NCBI GenBank assembly: GCA_964016885.1
Contig: OZ024763.1
Location: forward strand, 5,766,001-5,830,000
DNA from: Eledone cirrhosa
Lineage: Eukaryota
Length of the DNA stretch: 64,000 nucleotides
Reading direction: 5' to 3'
This document shows positions 51,836 through 64,000 of the stretch, one piece after another. The notes beneath the pieces are model-generated. The model did not search any database, had not been told where the DNA came from, and worked only from the letters and a program-made list of their open reading frames with translations. The position numbers were made by a program, and so were the translations under genes. Position 1 is the first letter of the stretch. Every line of letters starts with the position of its first letter.

Positions 51836-52364
51836 GTGAGTTAAGCTGTCTTTATTATTCTCTACTACGTGTTCCATCTGACAGACTAAGGCCATGCTGG
51901 GGCACCGCCATTATCTTCTTCTTCGCCCACTTATTCCTGAGAGGGGGGGGGGCAGAGTCCTTAAACACTCCTTCCAGTGAGTCCTGTCAGAAGCAACCGT
52001 CTCCAACTGATCCAGCTGGATCCCCCAAGCAAGACCAATCAAGCTCATGGATGTTATCCAACCATCTTGCTCACAGTCTACCCCTGGGTCTCCTATCTAT
52101 TGGTTTTGCCCGAAAACCGCCATTATTACTTTATTACTAATTACCAGAAAACAAACATGCTTTTTATTTTGGGTCCACATATGTATATTATATTTTATCA
52201 TTTCATCATCATTTCATTTTACGTCCACTTTTCCCTGCTTGCAAGGGTGGGACGGGAACTGATTTGGCTTGATTTCTACAGCTGGATGCCCTTCCTAACA
52301 CCAACCTCATTTACAGTGAGGACTGGGTGCTTTTTGGCAGTGGAATGATAGGGACCCTAGTCCC

Positions 52365-52512
52365 TATCATCTCATTTCTACAGCTGAGTAAACTGGAGCA
52401 ATGTGAAATAAAGTGTCTTGCTCAAGGAAACAACACATCACCCGGTCTGAGAATTGAACTCACAACCTTTCGATTGCAAGGCCAATGCTCTAACCACTAA
52501 GCCATGTGCTTC
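52365..52512 (-). mobile_element. Second tRNA-headed SINE family
   Basis: TGGCTTAGTGGTTAG / GAGTTCAATTC head then CCTTGAGCAAGACACTT body; copies near 0.7, 15.7, 24.5, 37.1, 43.0, 46.1, 47.8, 54.2 kb. Confidence 0.8.
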
Positions 52513-53041
52513 CATTTTATCTTACATATAAACATTTGTGAAGGTCTGAGACTCTCAGAGAACTCCTCAATGGTCCACATCTATATTATATATATAGTAA
52601 AATATCGGTGGATGTGAAAAAAGTAAAAGGAAAACTCTGCTCAACCATGTACGAGAGCTGATATATAATATATAATTTATTTATATTCATACACGAAACA
52701 AAAAGCCCAATTTTGACTATCATCCCAGATTGTAAGAGGGATCAAATTTGTGACCTATATATAATTCTGCCCCTGCTCACTTTCTATCTTGCTATTTCTT
52801 CGTTAATTTCTCATTCTGATAAAGGACTACTGTATGAAACATCAAGACACCTCCTAGTATATTATGCATGAAACTAATATATATCATTTATACATCTGAT
52901 GTAAAACCTTTCTTTGGTATATTTTTTATTTGTATAGATACTCTTCCAGTTCCTAAATCACCCATAACACCAGACCAGAATATTATGGTACCTTCGAACC
53001 ACAGGTAAATACTACATTTATTGCTATATATATCTATTGAA

Positions 53042-53098
<57 letters not shown>

Positions 53099-53503
53099 GC
53101 ACACACAACAATAATACACTTTCAAACCTCAGGTAAATACTACATTTATTGCTATATATATCTGTTGAATATATTGAATATATATATATATCTATTGAAT
53201 ATATGTGTATATATATATATATATACACACACACACGCACACACAATAATAATACACTTTCAAGCCACAGGTAAATAGTACATTTATTGCTATATATATC
53301 TGTTGAATATATTGAATATATATATATATCTATTGAATATATACCGTCCCACCCTTGCAAGCAGGGAAAAGCGGACTTAAAATGATGATGATGATGATAT
53401 GTATATATATATATACACACACGCACACACAATAATAATACACTTTCAAACCATAGGTAAATACTACATTTATTGATATATATATCTGTTGAATATATGT
53501 ATG

Positions 53504-53551
<48 letters not shown>

Positions 53552-53715
53552 GTAATAATAATAAATTTGAAGACTAAAATCCAAAGAGGGCTCGATAAGG
53601 ATAAATATATATCAAATATATAAGAACCGTAGAGCAAATATTTATTAAAATAACAGATTAAAGTTTAAGCAAAGAATCGATTCTTTGCTTAAACTTTAAT
53701 CTGTTATTTTAATAA

Positions 53716-53748
<33 letters not shown>

Positions 53749-54359
53749 CTCACACATACATACACACATGACGATGAGACACCTTCAAACCACATGTAAA
53801 AATTACATTTATTTTCATATCTATTGAATATATATATATATGTATACATACACACACATATATATATATCCACACACACATATATATATCATCATCACCG
53901 TGTTACGTCCATTCTTCGATGCTAGTATGGGTTAGACTAGTTGTCTTGTTGTGGGCAATGCCAGGTCAGAGACCGTGTCTTATATATACACACATACCAT
54001 ATAAGATAGGTCCATTTGAGCTACACGCTGTTATATCGTCAGGAGTTTGTCTACTTTTTGGGGGTTTTTTGGCGATTTCTTCTGCATATTTCATTCCATT
54101 GTTTGGAAAATGAAACTGTCCTGACACCTGGAAAACATTTCTGTCACAGATGCAACAGTAAAGTACTTTTTCTCAATTTTGACATTTTGGCACCAGTGAC
54201 GTCGCAACTCATTTCTACAGCTGAATAAACTGAAGCAACGTGAAATAAAATGTCTTGCTCAAGAACACAATGCAAAGCCCAGTCCGAGAATCGAACACAC
54301 AACCTCACAATTGCAAGCTCAATGCTGTAAACGCTAAGCCATGCGCCTTCACAGACGAT

Positions 54360-56790
54360 ATACGGTCAACGAAAGTAGGAAACAAATTAAAAAGAATAAC
54401 AAAAAACCAAGAGGAATTCTTTAAGCACAAATTGCGGAAATCTTTGTAGATGGTGGATTAACTCTTATCCAACCATCACATTCAATTGGGATATGCAATG
54501 TCCGCAAGGACATAGATGAACACTCCCTACAGACATTTTAACAATAGAACCTCAACAATAGACCACTTGTCGTCTTCTCTCCCAATCTCTCCGTTTATAG
54601 AAAACTGGGAATTAAGCCACAATATGGATCTAGGGTCGGATCATACCACCAACACTTTTAATATTGCAATTCCTATAACCAACAAAAACCTGAGCTATTG
54701 TCAAACACACCAAAGAAAATATCAATTTCACAGAACTGCCTGGATTAAGTTTACTATTTATTTAGAAGCAGAAGTATCACCCCACAACAAATATTACAAT
54801 GTCCAATCAGCTAAAGAACTATAACAAATCTACAAATATTTCTCAACAAAGTACAGGATACAATCACTGAGAAAGTACCTTTTACATATTCTGTTCCAAA
54901 TAGAAATAACAGCAATAAGGTATGGTGGGGTGCAGGACTAAAACAACTAAGAAGTGAAATGACTCAGTCATTACAAAAAGGGAAATACGATTCTACAGAT
55001 TACAATTATGAAATATATAAAGGACTAAGAAAAAGTTTAACAGGCAAATAAAACAAGCCAAAAGTGATTTCTGGCAAAGCTAACCTAGAGTCCATGGGTG
55101 ATATATGCTCCATATATCACCCATTTAGTAGTATAATTAAATTCCAACACCATCCAGATATATGGAGATTAACTCATATCTCAGTAATACCAAAACCAAA
55201 TAAGGATAACTACCACTCTACCAGATCATACCATCTAATAGCTTTACTAAGCAATCTTTCTAAAATGCTAGAAAAAATGTTTAGGCAATAGATTATCTTA
55301 CTTAGGAGAGACAATGAACATTTTTCCCAAATCCGAGTTTGGATTTCCACTGAGAACTGTGTACATTCATCAGAAACAAAAAAAGCAAAAATATTTACCT
55401 TTTAAAGGGTCTCCCACAGGGATCGCCAGTCTCACTCATTCTCTTTCTATATTACACAACAAATTTGTTTACATCTCTAAATAAAATTGTAGAAGTATCA
55501 GGTTTTGCAGATATCAACTTACATACTTCTAGTATCATCAACAACAACAAAACCAAATTATTCACAGCCTTATCAACTGCAACTGAATGGTCAAAAGAAA
55601 ATGGCCAACAATTTCATCCCTCTAAAAAACACAACTGGTTCAATTCCATAATCCTGAACCCATCAATTATCAATGTGATGAAAAATACTTGATGAACCAA
55701 CTATTGATACCACAAAAATCCATCAAGATACTAGGCATTTGGTTACGATCTGACTTGAAATATGAAACTCATCTCAAACACACACTGAAAAAAATGACTT
55801 CAACAAGGCATACAATTAAAGTAATCTCAAAGAAATTCCACTGCCTAACATACAACCACTTCAGACTGTATAATAGGGGAGTCATCAACACTCAATTGTT
55901 GTATGGAAGCTGGGTTTGTGGACACACAGATACTAGCTATTTTCAAGCTATTGAGAGATTCCGTACCCAAATTGGTAAAACCATATTGAAATGTCTAAAA
56001 TCTACTCCCAGGATAGCAATTTTTCATGAAGCTGGGTTAACCCCAACTTATTTGTTGATAGAAGAGTCCAGGAAATGCAAATTGCTAACTGCTCAGTTTA
56101 AATGCAAAAGAAAACAGCATGATACTTGGCTTCCTCCATGAGTAGAATAATTAAAATCATTTAAAATAATGATTAAAAACACAAAAGAGGAAGCAAAAGA
56201 ACTCCATAACACCATGACAAAGTCAATCTCTTTTAACAGCTGGCTCTGCTACACAGATGGGGGACATTAAGACAAGGGAGTGGGTTGTGGAGCTACTTGG
56301 TCTTTCAAATATAATTATAAGGATATGAACTTCAGATTACATCAGGAATACATTATATTTCATGCAGAATGGTGGGAAATTACATTATCTACAGATTCAG
56401 CTATGGAATTGCCCTGGAAATATGGTTTTCTATTTACTGATAGTCTATCAAACCTAGAACTGCTTCAGTCAAGAAAAAGGGGTTGAGTTAGAGATATTGA
56501 GAACGCTCTACTAAAAATAGATAACTACCTCTCAGAAATTGATAAAGAAATAACATTTATTTGGATACTGTGCCATACAGATATTAGAGGAAATAGGAAA
56601 ACAGACGAATTGAGGGAGCACAAAGGGAAATAATAGATATCGACTTCATCCCAAATCTTTCACAGGTAAAATCATTTAGCAAACATATAATTAGTCAAGG
56701 GTGGGAAACATTTTGGGAAGATTCCCGAGATAAGCTCACAAATTTCAATACCCCACTTTCTCAACCAGTTTTGACAACATTCAAAACTCA
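54360..56790 (+). mobile_element. Decayed I/Nimb-like LINE (endonuclease, RT, RNase H)
   Basis: TIDH/GSDH; IPKPNKD..SYHLIALLSNLSKMLEK; PQGSP; KILG; RNase H YTDG/IFHAE/FTDSLS/RGN; many stops. Confidence 0.85.
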
Positions 56791-57064
56791 TATGGTCCAT
56801 TTTAGCTTGGTTTATTTTTTATGGCTAGATGCCCTTCCTGGGGTCAACCACTTCAGTGTGTACTGGGTGCCTTTTATAATGGCACCAGCTCTACCACCTT
56901 ACAGGATGGACTGCATGTTTTGTATTGTGGCCTCAGCACTACCACCTTACAGGGTAGACTAGGTGCTTTTCATCATGGCCCCAGCACTACCATCTTACAG
57001 GGTGGACTGGGAGCTTTTATATATGCCGTAAATATGTCCCCATTGATGAGTATGAAACCAATCA

Positions 57065-59465
57065 TGTGGTTATGGGGATGATGATGGTTGTTAAAGTTAT
57101 GGTGGTTATAAGAATGTTGGCGATAGTGATGATGGTGGTGGTAGTGGTGAGGACAATGATGGTGGTGTGGTAATGATAGTGATGATGGTGGTGTGGTAAT
57201 GATGGTAATGGTGATAGTGATATTGGTGGTATTGGTGTTGATGGTGATATTGGTGGTATTGGTGTTAATGGTGATGGTGGTATTGGTGGTGATGGTGGTA
57301 TTGGTGGTATTGATGGTGATATTGGTGGTATTGGTGATAGTGATATTGGTGGTGTTGATGGTGATATTGGTGGTATTGGTGGTGATGGTGATATTGGTGG
57401 TATTGGTGATAGTGATATTGGTGGTGTTGATGGTGATATTGGTGGTATTGGTGGTATTGGTGGTAGTGATATTGGTGTTAATGGTGATTGTGGTATTGGT
57501 GGTGATATTGGTGGTATTGGTGATAGTGATATTGGTGGTATTGGTGGTGATGGTGATATTGGTGGTATTGATGGTGATATTGGTGTTATTGGTGATTGTG
57601 GTATTGGTGGTGATGGTGGTATTGGTGGTATTGGTGATAGTGATATTGGTGGTATTGGTGATAGTGATATTGGTGGTATTGATGGTATTGGTGGTATTGG
57701 TGATAGTGATATTGGTGGTGTTGGTGTTGATGGTGATATTGGTGGTATTGATGGTATTGGTGGTGATGGTGATATTGGTGTTAATGGTGATTGTGGTATT
57801 GGTGGTATTGGTGGTGATGGTGATATTGATGGTGATATTGGTGGTATTGGTGATAGTGATATTGGTGGTGATGGTGATATTGGTATTGGTGGTATTGGGG
57901 ATGGTGGTATTGGTGGTGTTGGTGATGGTGATAGTATTGGTGGTGATGGTGATGGTGGTATTGGTGATGGTATTGGAGATGGTGGTGTTGGTGATGGTGG
58001 TATTGGTGGTATTGGGGATGGTGGTATTGGTGGTGTTGGTGATGGTGATAGTATTGGTGGTGATGGTGGTATTGGTGGTGTTGGTGATGGTATTGGAGAT
58101 GGTGGTGTTGGTGATGGTGGTATTGGTGGTGTTGGTGATGGTATTGAGATGGTGGTGTTGGTGATGGTGGTATTGGTGGTGTTGGTGATGGTATTGAGAT
58201 GCTGCTATAAATCCAGTTGGGACTGTAGACCCAATCACTGTTAGTTGCCCACTCACAACAATTCATAATATTGGGATGACGTCAAACAGCATTGATCTAT
58301 GGTAGTGGTGGTGGTGGTGATGGTGGTGGTGGTGGTGATAGTGTGGAGTGGTGGTGGAGGTGATAGTGTGGAGTGGTGGAGGTGATGTGTAGTGGTGGTG
58401 ATGGTGTGGAGTAGTGGTGGTGGAGGTGATAGTGTGGAGTGGTGGAGGTGATGTGTAGTGGTGGTGGTGATAGTGTGGAGTGGTGGTGGTGGAGGTGATA
58501 GTGTGGAGTGGTGGTGGTGGAGGTGATAGTGTGGAGTGGTGGTGGTGGTGGTGATAGTGTGGAGTGGTGGTGGAGGTGATAGTGTGGAGTGGTGGAGGTG
58601 ATGTGTAGTGGTGGTGGTGATAGTGTGGAGTGGTGGTGGAGGTGATAGTGTGGAGTGGTGGAGGTGATGTGTAGTGGTGGTGGTGATAGTGTGGAGTGGT
58701 GGTGGTGGTGATAGTGTGGAGTGGTGGTGGTGGAGGTGATAGTGTGGAGTGGTGGAGGTGATGTGTAGTGGTGGTGGTGATAGTGTGGAGTGGTGGTGGA
58801 GGTGATAGTGTGGAGTGGTGGAGGTGATGTGTAGTGGTGGTGGTGATAGTGTGGAGTGGTGGTGGAGGTGATAGTGTGGAGTGGTGGTGGTGATGTGTAG
58901 TGGTGATGGTGGTGATAGTGTGGAGTGGTGGTGGAGGTGATAGTGTGGAGTGGTGGAGGTGATGTGTAGTGGTGATGGTGGTGATAGTGTGGAGTAGTGG
59001 TGGTGGTGTGGTGGAGGTGGTGGTGGTGTGGCAGTGTTGTTGGTGTTACTGATGTTCTTAGTGGTGGTGGTGGTGGTGTGTAATGTTATTAATGGTGGTG
59101 CTTGGTGGTGTGTAGTGTTATTAGTGGTGGTGGTGGTGTGTAGTGTTATTAGTGCTGGTGGTGGTGGTGGTGGTGTGTAGTGTTATTAGTGCTGGTGGTG
59201 GTGGTGGTGGTGTGTAGTGTTATTAGTGCTGCTGGTGGTGGTGGTGGTGTGTAGTGTTGTTATTAGTGGTGGTGGTGGTGGTGTGTAGTGTTATTAGTGC
59301 TGGTGGTGGTGGTGGTGTGTAGTGTTATTAGTGCTGGTGGTGGTGGTGGTGTGTAGTGTTATTAGTGCTGGTGCTGGTGGTGACAGTGGTGCTAATATGT
59401 AATGGTGGTAGTGTTGGTGGTGGTGTGTAACATTATAGTAGTAGTAGTAGTAGTAGTAGTAGTAA
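57065..59465. repeat. GGT/GAT/ATT-rich low-complexity and minisatellite block
   Basis: Trinucleotide-derived arrays split by a short unique island at ~58200-58300. Confidence 0.92.
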
Positions 59466-59662
59466 TGGGGATTGGGTGGTGGTGGTCAGTTCTGTCTGAT
59501 GTCATCAACCACTGATCTCCCTCCCCTCCCGCCGTCTTATGACGTCAAAGCCATGACACGTGACAATCGATTTGAGGCGTGGTGGTGGTGGGGGAAGGAG
59601 AGGGGTGCCAAGGAAAGTACGTAATAACAGAAAAGTTTTCATTAGTTTTAACGGAGTTAACT

Positions 59663-60145
59663 ATGTGTGTGTATATATATATGTACTTGTGTGTGTATAT
59701 ATATATGTACTTGTGTGTATATATATATATGTACTTGTGTGTGTATATATATGTACTTGTGTGTGTATATATATATGTACTTGTGTGTGTATATATATAT
59801 GTACTTGTGTGTGTATATATATATGTACTTGTGTGTGTATATATATATGTACTTGTGTGTGTATATATATATGTACTTGTGTGTGTATATATATATGTAC
59901 TTGTGTGTATATATATATATGTACTTGTGTGTATATATATGTACTTGTGTGTGTATATATATATGTACTTGTGTGTGTATATATATATGTACTTGTGTGT
60001 GTATATATATATGTACTTGTGTGTGTATATATATATGTACTTGTGTGTGTATATATATATGTACTTGTGTGTATATATATATATGTACTTGTGTGTGTAT
60101 ATATATATGTACTTGTGTGTATATATATAAATGTACTTGTGTGTA
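59663..60145. repeat. ~24-bp GTACTT(GT)n(AT)n minisatellite
   Basis: Direct inspection. Confidence 0.9.
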
Positions 60146-60273
60146 TATATATATATATATATATATGTACTTATATATATATATAAATATATATGTACTT
60201 ATATATATATATAAATGTATATGTACTTATATATATATGTACTTATACTTATATATATACTTATATATGTACT

Positions 60274-60334
<61 letters not shown>

Positions 60335-60466
60335 GTACTTATATATATATGTACTTATATATATATATATATATATATGTACTTTATATATATATACTTA
60401 TCATCATCATCATTATCATCATCATCATCATTTTACGTCCGCTTTTCCCTGCTTGCAAGGGTTGTA

Positions 60467-60540
<74 letters not shown>

Positions 60541-60674
60541 GAGGTTATATTTAATTTGTTGGGATTCAACAAGCTTATTAAAAAATTTTATAACTGATAT
60601 AAAGCACTCAACAGTTTAGTGGAGTAAATACACAATATATTAATAAATGTAAACTATATTTATAAAACCATATT

Positions 60675-60740
60675 TATTTTATTATATATATTTCAAGGGC
60701 AACCAAGGCAAATTATGGTGCGCTTTCATCAGATAAAATA
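60675..60740 (-). ncRNA. Minimal type I hammerhead ribozyme, mirror copy
   Basis: Reverse complement of 60874-60939. Confidence 0.75.
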
Positions 60741-60873
60741 CAGATTTATTTTATAAATAAATATTGACATACCCGGATAAAAGACAACCTTAACGGTTGG
60801 CTATTCAGGAAGCTCCAACCATTAAGGTTGTCTTTTTCCGGGTATGTCAATATTTATTTATAAAACAAATCTG

Positions 60874-60939
60874 TATTTTATCTGATGAAAGCGCACCATA
60901 ATTTGCCTTGGTTGCCCTTGAAATATATATAATAAAATA
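60874..60939 (+). ncRNA. Minimal type I hammerhead ribozyme, intact core
   Basis: TATTTTAT-CTGATGA-AAGCGCACCA..TGGTTGCCCTT-GAAA-TATATA-TA-ATAAAATA; perfect 8-bp stem I. Confidence 0.75.
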
Positions 60940-60979
60940 AATATGGTTTTATAAATATAGTTTCCATTTATTAATATAT

Positions 60980-61030
<51 letters not shown>

Positions 61031-61087
61031 CAATAGATATAAATACAGCTATTCTGTTGTAAACACAAGACGACTGACAATAAACAC

Positions 61088-64000
61088 GTTGTTGTTGGTG
61101 TTATTGCTTCTGTTGTTGTTGGTGTTATTGCTTCTGTTGTTGGTGGTGTTATTGCTTCTGTTGTTGTTGGTGTTATTGCTTCTGTTGTTGTTGGTGTTAT
61201 TGCTTCTGTTGTTGGTGGTGTTATTGCTTCTGTTGTTGGTGGTGTTATTGCTTCTGTTGTTGTTGGTGTTATTGCTTCTGTTGTTGTTGGTGTTATTGCT
61301 TCTGTTGTTGGTGTTATTGCTTCTGTTGTTGTTGGTGTTATTGCTTCTGTTGTTGGTGTTATTGCTTCTGTTGTTGTTGGTGTTATTGCTTCTGTTGTTG
61401 GTGGTGTTATTGCTTCTGTTGTTGGTGGTGTTATTGCTTCTGTTGTTGTTGGTGTTATTGCTTCTGTTGTTGTTGGTGTTATTGCTTCTGTTGTTGGTGG
61501 TGTTATTGCTTCTGTTGTTGTTGGTGTTATTGCTTCTGTTGTTGGTGGTGTTATTGCTTCTGTTGTTGGTGGTGTTATTGCTTCTGTTGTTGGTGGTGTT
61601 ATTGCTTCTGTTGTTGGTGGTGTTATTGCTTCTGTTGTTGTTGGTGTTATTGCTTCTGTTGTTGTTGGTGTTATTGCTTCTGTTGTTGGTGTTATTGCTT
61701 CTGTTGTTGTTGGTGTTATTGCTTCTGTTGTTGTTGGTGTTATTGCTTCTGTTGTTGGTGGTGTTATTGCTTCTGTTGTTGTTGGTGTTATTGCTTCTGT
61801 TGTTGGTGTTATTGCTTCTGTTGTTGTTGGTGTTATTGCTTCTGTTGTTGTTGGTGTTATTGCTTCTGTTGTTGTTGGTGTTATTGCTTCTGTTGTTGTT
61901 GGTGTTATTGCTTCTGTTGTTGGTGGTGTTATTGCTTCTGTTGTTGTTGGTGTTATTGCTTCTGTTGTTGTTGGTGTTATTGCTTCTGTTGTTGGTGGTG
62001 TTATTGCTTCTGTTGTTGGTGGTGTTATTGCTTCTGTTGTTGGTGTTATTGCTTCTGTTGTTGTTGGTGTTATTGCTTCTGTTGTTGTTGGTGTTATTGC
62101 TTCTGTTGTTGGTGTTATTGCTTCTGTTGTTGTTGGTGTTATTGCTTCTGTTGTTGTTGGTGTTATTGCTTCTGTTGTTGTTGGTGTTATTGCTTCTGTT
62201 GTTGTTGGTGTTATTGCTTCTGTTGTTGTTGGTGTTATTGCTTCTGTTGTTGTTGGTGTTATTGCTTCTGTTGTTGTTGGTGTTATTGCTTCTGTTGTTG
62301 GTGGTGTTATTGCTTCTGTTGTTGGTGGTGTTATTGCTTCTGTTGTTGTTGGTGTTATTGCTTCTGTTGTTGGTGGTGTTATTGCTTCTGTTGTTGTTGG
62401 TGTTATTGCTTCTGTTGTTGGTGTTATTGCTTCTGTTGTTGTTGGTGTTATTGCTTCTGTTGTTGTTGGTGTTATTGCTTCTGTTGTTGTTGGTGTTATT
62501 GCTTCTGTTGTTGTTGGTGTTATTGCTTCTGTTGTTGTTGGTGTTATTGCTTCTGTTGTTGTTGGTGTTATTGCTTCTGTTGTTGTTGGTGTTATTGCTT
62601 CTGTTGTTGTTGGTGTTATTGCTTCTGTTGTTGTTGGTGTTATTGCTTCTGTTGTTGGTGGTGTTATTGCTTCTGTTGTTGGTGGTGTTATTGCTTCTGT
62701 TGTTGTTGGTGTTATTGCTTCTGTTGTTGGTGTTATTGCTTCTGTTGTTGTTGGTGTTATTGCTTCTGTTGTTGTTGGTGTTATTGCTTCTGTTGTTGTT
62801 GGTGTTATTGCTTCTGTTGTTGGTGGTGTTATTGCTTCTGTTGTTGTTGGTGTTATTGCTTCTGTTGTTGTTGGTGTTATTGCTTCTGTTGTTGTTGGTG
62901 TTATTGCTTCTGTTGTTGGTGTTATTGCTTCTGTTGTTGTTGGTGTTATTGCTTCTGTTGTTGTTGGTGTTATTGCTTCTGTTGTTGGTGTTATTGCTTC
63001 TGTTGTTGTTGGTGTTATTGCTTCTGTTGTTGGTGTTATTGCTTCTGTTGTTGTTGGTGTTATTGCTTCTGTTGTTGTTGGTGTTATTGCTTCTGTTGTT
63101 GTTGGTGTTATTGCTTCTGTTGTTGTTGGTGTTATTGCTTCTGTTGTTGGTGTTATTGCTTCTGTTGTTGTTGGTGTTATTGCTTCTGTTGTTGGTGTTA
63201 TTGCTTCTGTTGTTGTTGGTGTTATTGCTTCTGTTGTTGGTGTTATTGCTTCTGTTGTTGTTGGTGTTATTGCTTCTGTTGTTGTTGGTGTTATTGCTTC
63301 TGTTGTTGGTGTTATTGCTTCTGTTGTTGTTGGTGTTATTGCTTCTGTTGTTGGTGTTATTGCTTCTGTTGTTGTTGGTGTTATTGCTTCTGTTGTTGTT
63401 GGTGTTATTGCTTCTGTTGTTGTTGGTGTTATTGCTTCTGTTGTTGTTGGTGTTATTGCTTCTGTTGTTGGTGTTATTGCTTCTGTTGTTGTTGGTGTTA
63501 TTGCTTCTGTTGTTGTTGGTGTTATTGCTTCTGTTGTTGGTGTTATTGCTTCTGTTGTTGTTGGTGTTATTGCTTCTGTTGTTGGTGGTGTTATTGCTTC
63601 TGTTGTTGGTGGTGTTATTGCTTCTGTTGTTGTTGGTGTTATTGCTTCTGTTGTTGGTGTTATTGCTTCTGTTGTTGTTGGTGTTATTGCTTCTGTTGTT
63701 GGTGGTGTTATTGCTTCTGTTGTTGGTGGTGTTATTGCTTCTGTTGTTGTTGGTGTTATTGCTTCTGTTGTTGTTGGTGTTATTGCTTCTGTTGTTGGTG
63801 GTGTTATTGCTTCTGTTGTTGGTGGTGTTATTGCTTCTGTTGTTGTTGGTGTTATTGCTTCTGTTGTTGTTGGTGTTATTGCTTCTGTTGTTGGTGTTAT
63901 TGCTTCTGTTGTTGTTGGTGTTATTGCTTCTGTTGTTGTTGGTGTTATTGCTTCTGTTGTTGTTGGTGTTATTGCTTCTGTTGTTGGTGGTGTTATTGCT
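61088..64000. repeat. 24/21-bp satellite, >2.9 kb, runs off the window
   Basis: GTTGTTGGTGTTATTGCTTCTGTT. Confidence 0.97.

Larger units (their letters stand above)
60540..60985. mobile_element. Fold-back element carrying two mirror-image hammerheads
   Basis: ~175-bp near-perfect inverted arms plus an unpaired ~90-bp tail on the left, between (TA)n tracts. Confidence 0.78.

Noticed and set aside
52810-52850. Hammerhead CTGATAA...GAAACATC
   Set aside because: Core G8 mutated and stems do not pair convincingly; at most a dead relic
56973-58266. 427-aa Thr/Asn/Ile-rich and 323-aa Val-rich ORFs
   Set aside because: Trinucleotide low-complexity sequence; stop-free because of composition
59560-60619. 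Tyr/Ile/Cys/Val-rich ORFs (also 18-20, 22, 43.7-44.2, 53 kb)
   Set aside because: (TA)n/(TG)n microsatellite translations
51836-64000. Further KSR exons (C1, kinase domain)
   Set aside because: No HRF/CxxC or kinase motifs with splice sites found by eye; a very small exon could have been missed

Overview
AT-rich, repeat-dense animal genomic DNA. The SINE/RTE repertoire suggests an octopod cephalopod (inference). Two spliced genes lie head-to-head. RFC5 (replication factor C subunit 5) is complete on the minus strand: 11 coding exons, 16159->2660, 999 nt/332 aa, with a U12-type intron 8. The 5' part of a KSR gene (kinase suppressor of Ras) is on the plus strand: 5 coding exons, 17667->51835, a 28.6-kb first intron, with C1 and kinase exons outside the window. 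A short CpG-containing island with TCTCGCGAGA and YY1-like motifs lies between the genes. Most ORFs in the supplied track are micro/minisatellite artefacts. The introns hold tRNA-headed SINEs, RTE/CR1/R4/RNase H-bearing LINE relics, a nested IR/DR Tc1 element, a mariner relic, TTAA MITEs, a 5S rRNA copy and many minisatellites grown from SINE/MITE pieces. The most notable signal is a family of (TA)n-embedded fold-back elements in KSR introns carrying type I hammerhead ribozyme cores (CUGANGA...GAAA-palindrome-UA). Four of them carry a mirror-image core on each arm, and four copies share a C.C mismatch in stem II. They are probably Penelope-like element derivatives. All coordinates were read by eye; no database search or folding was run.
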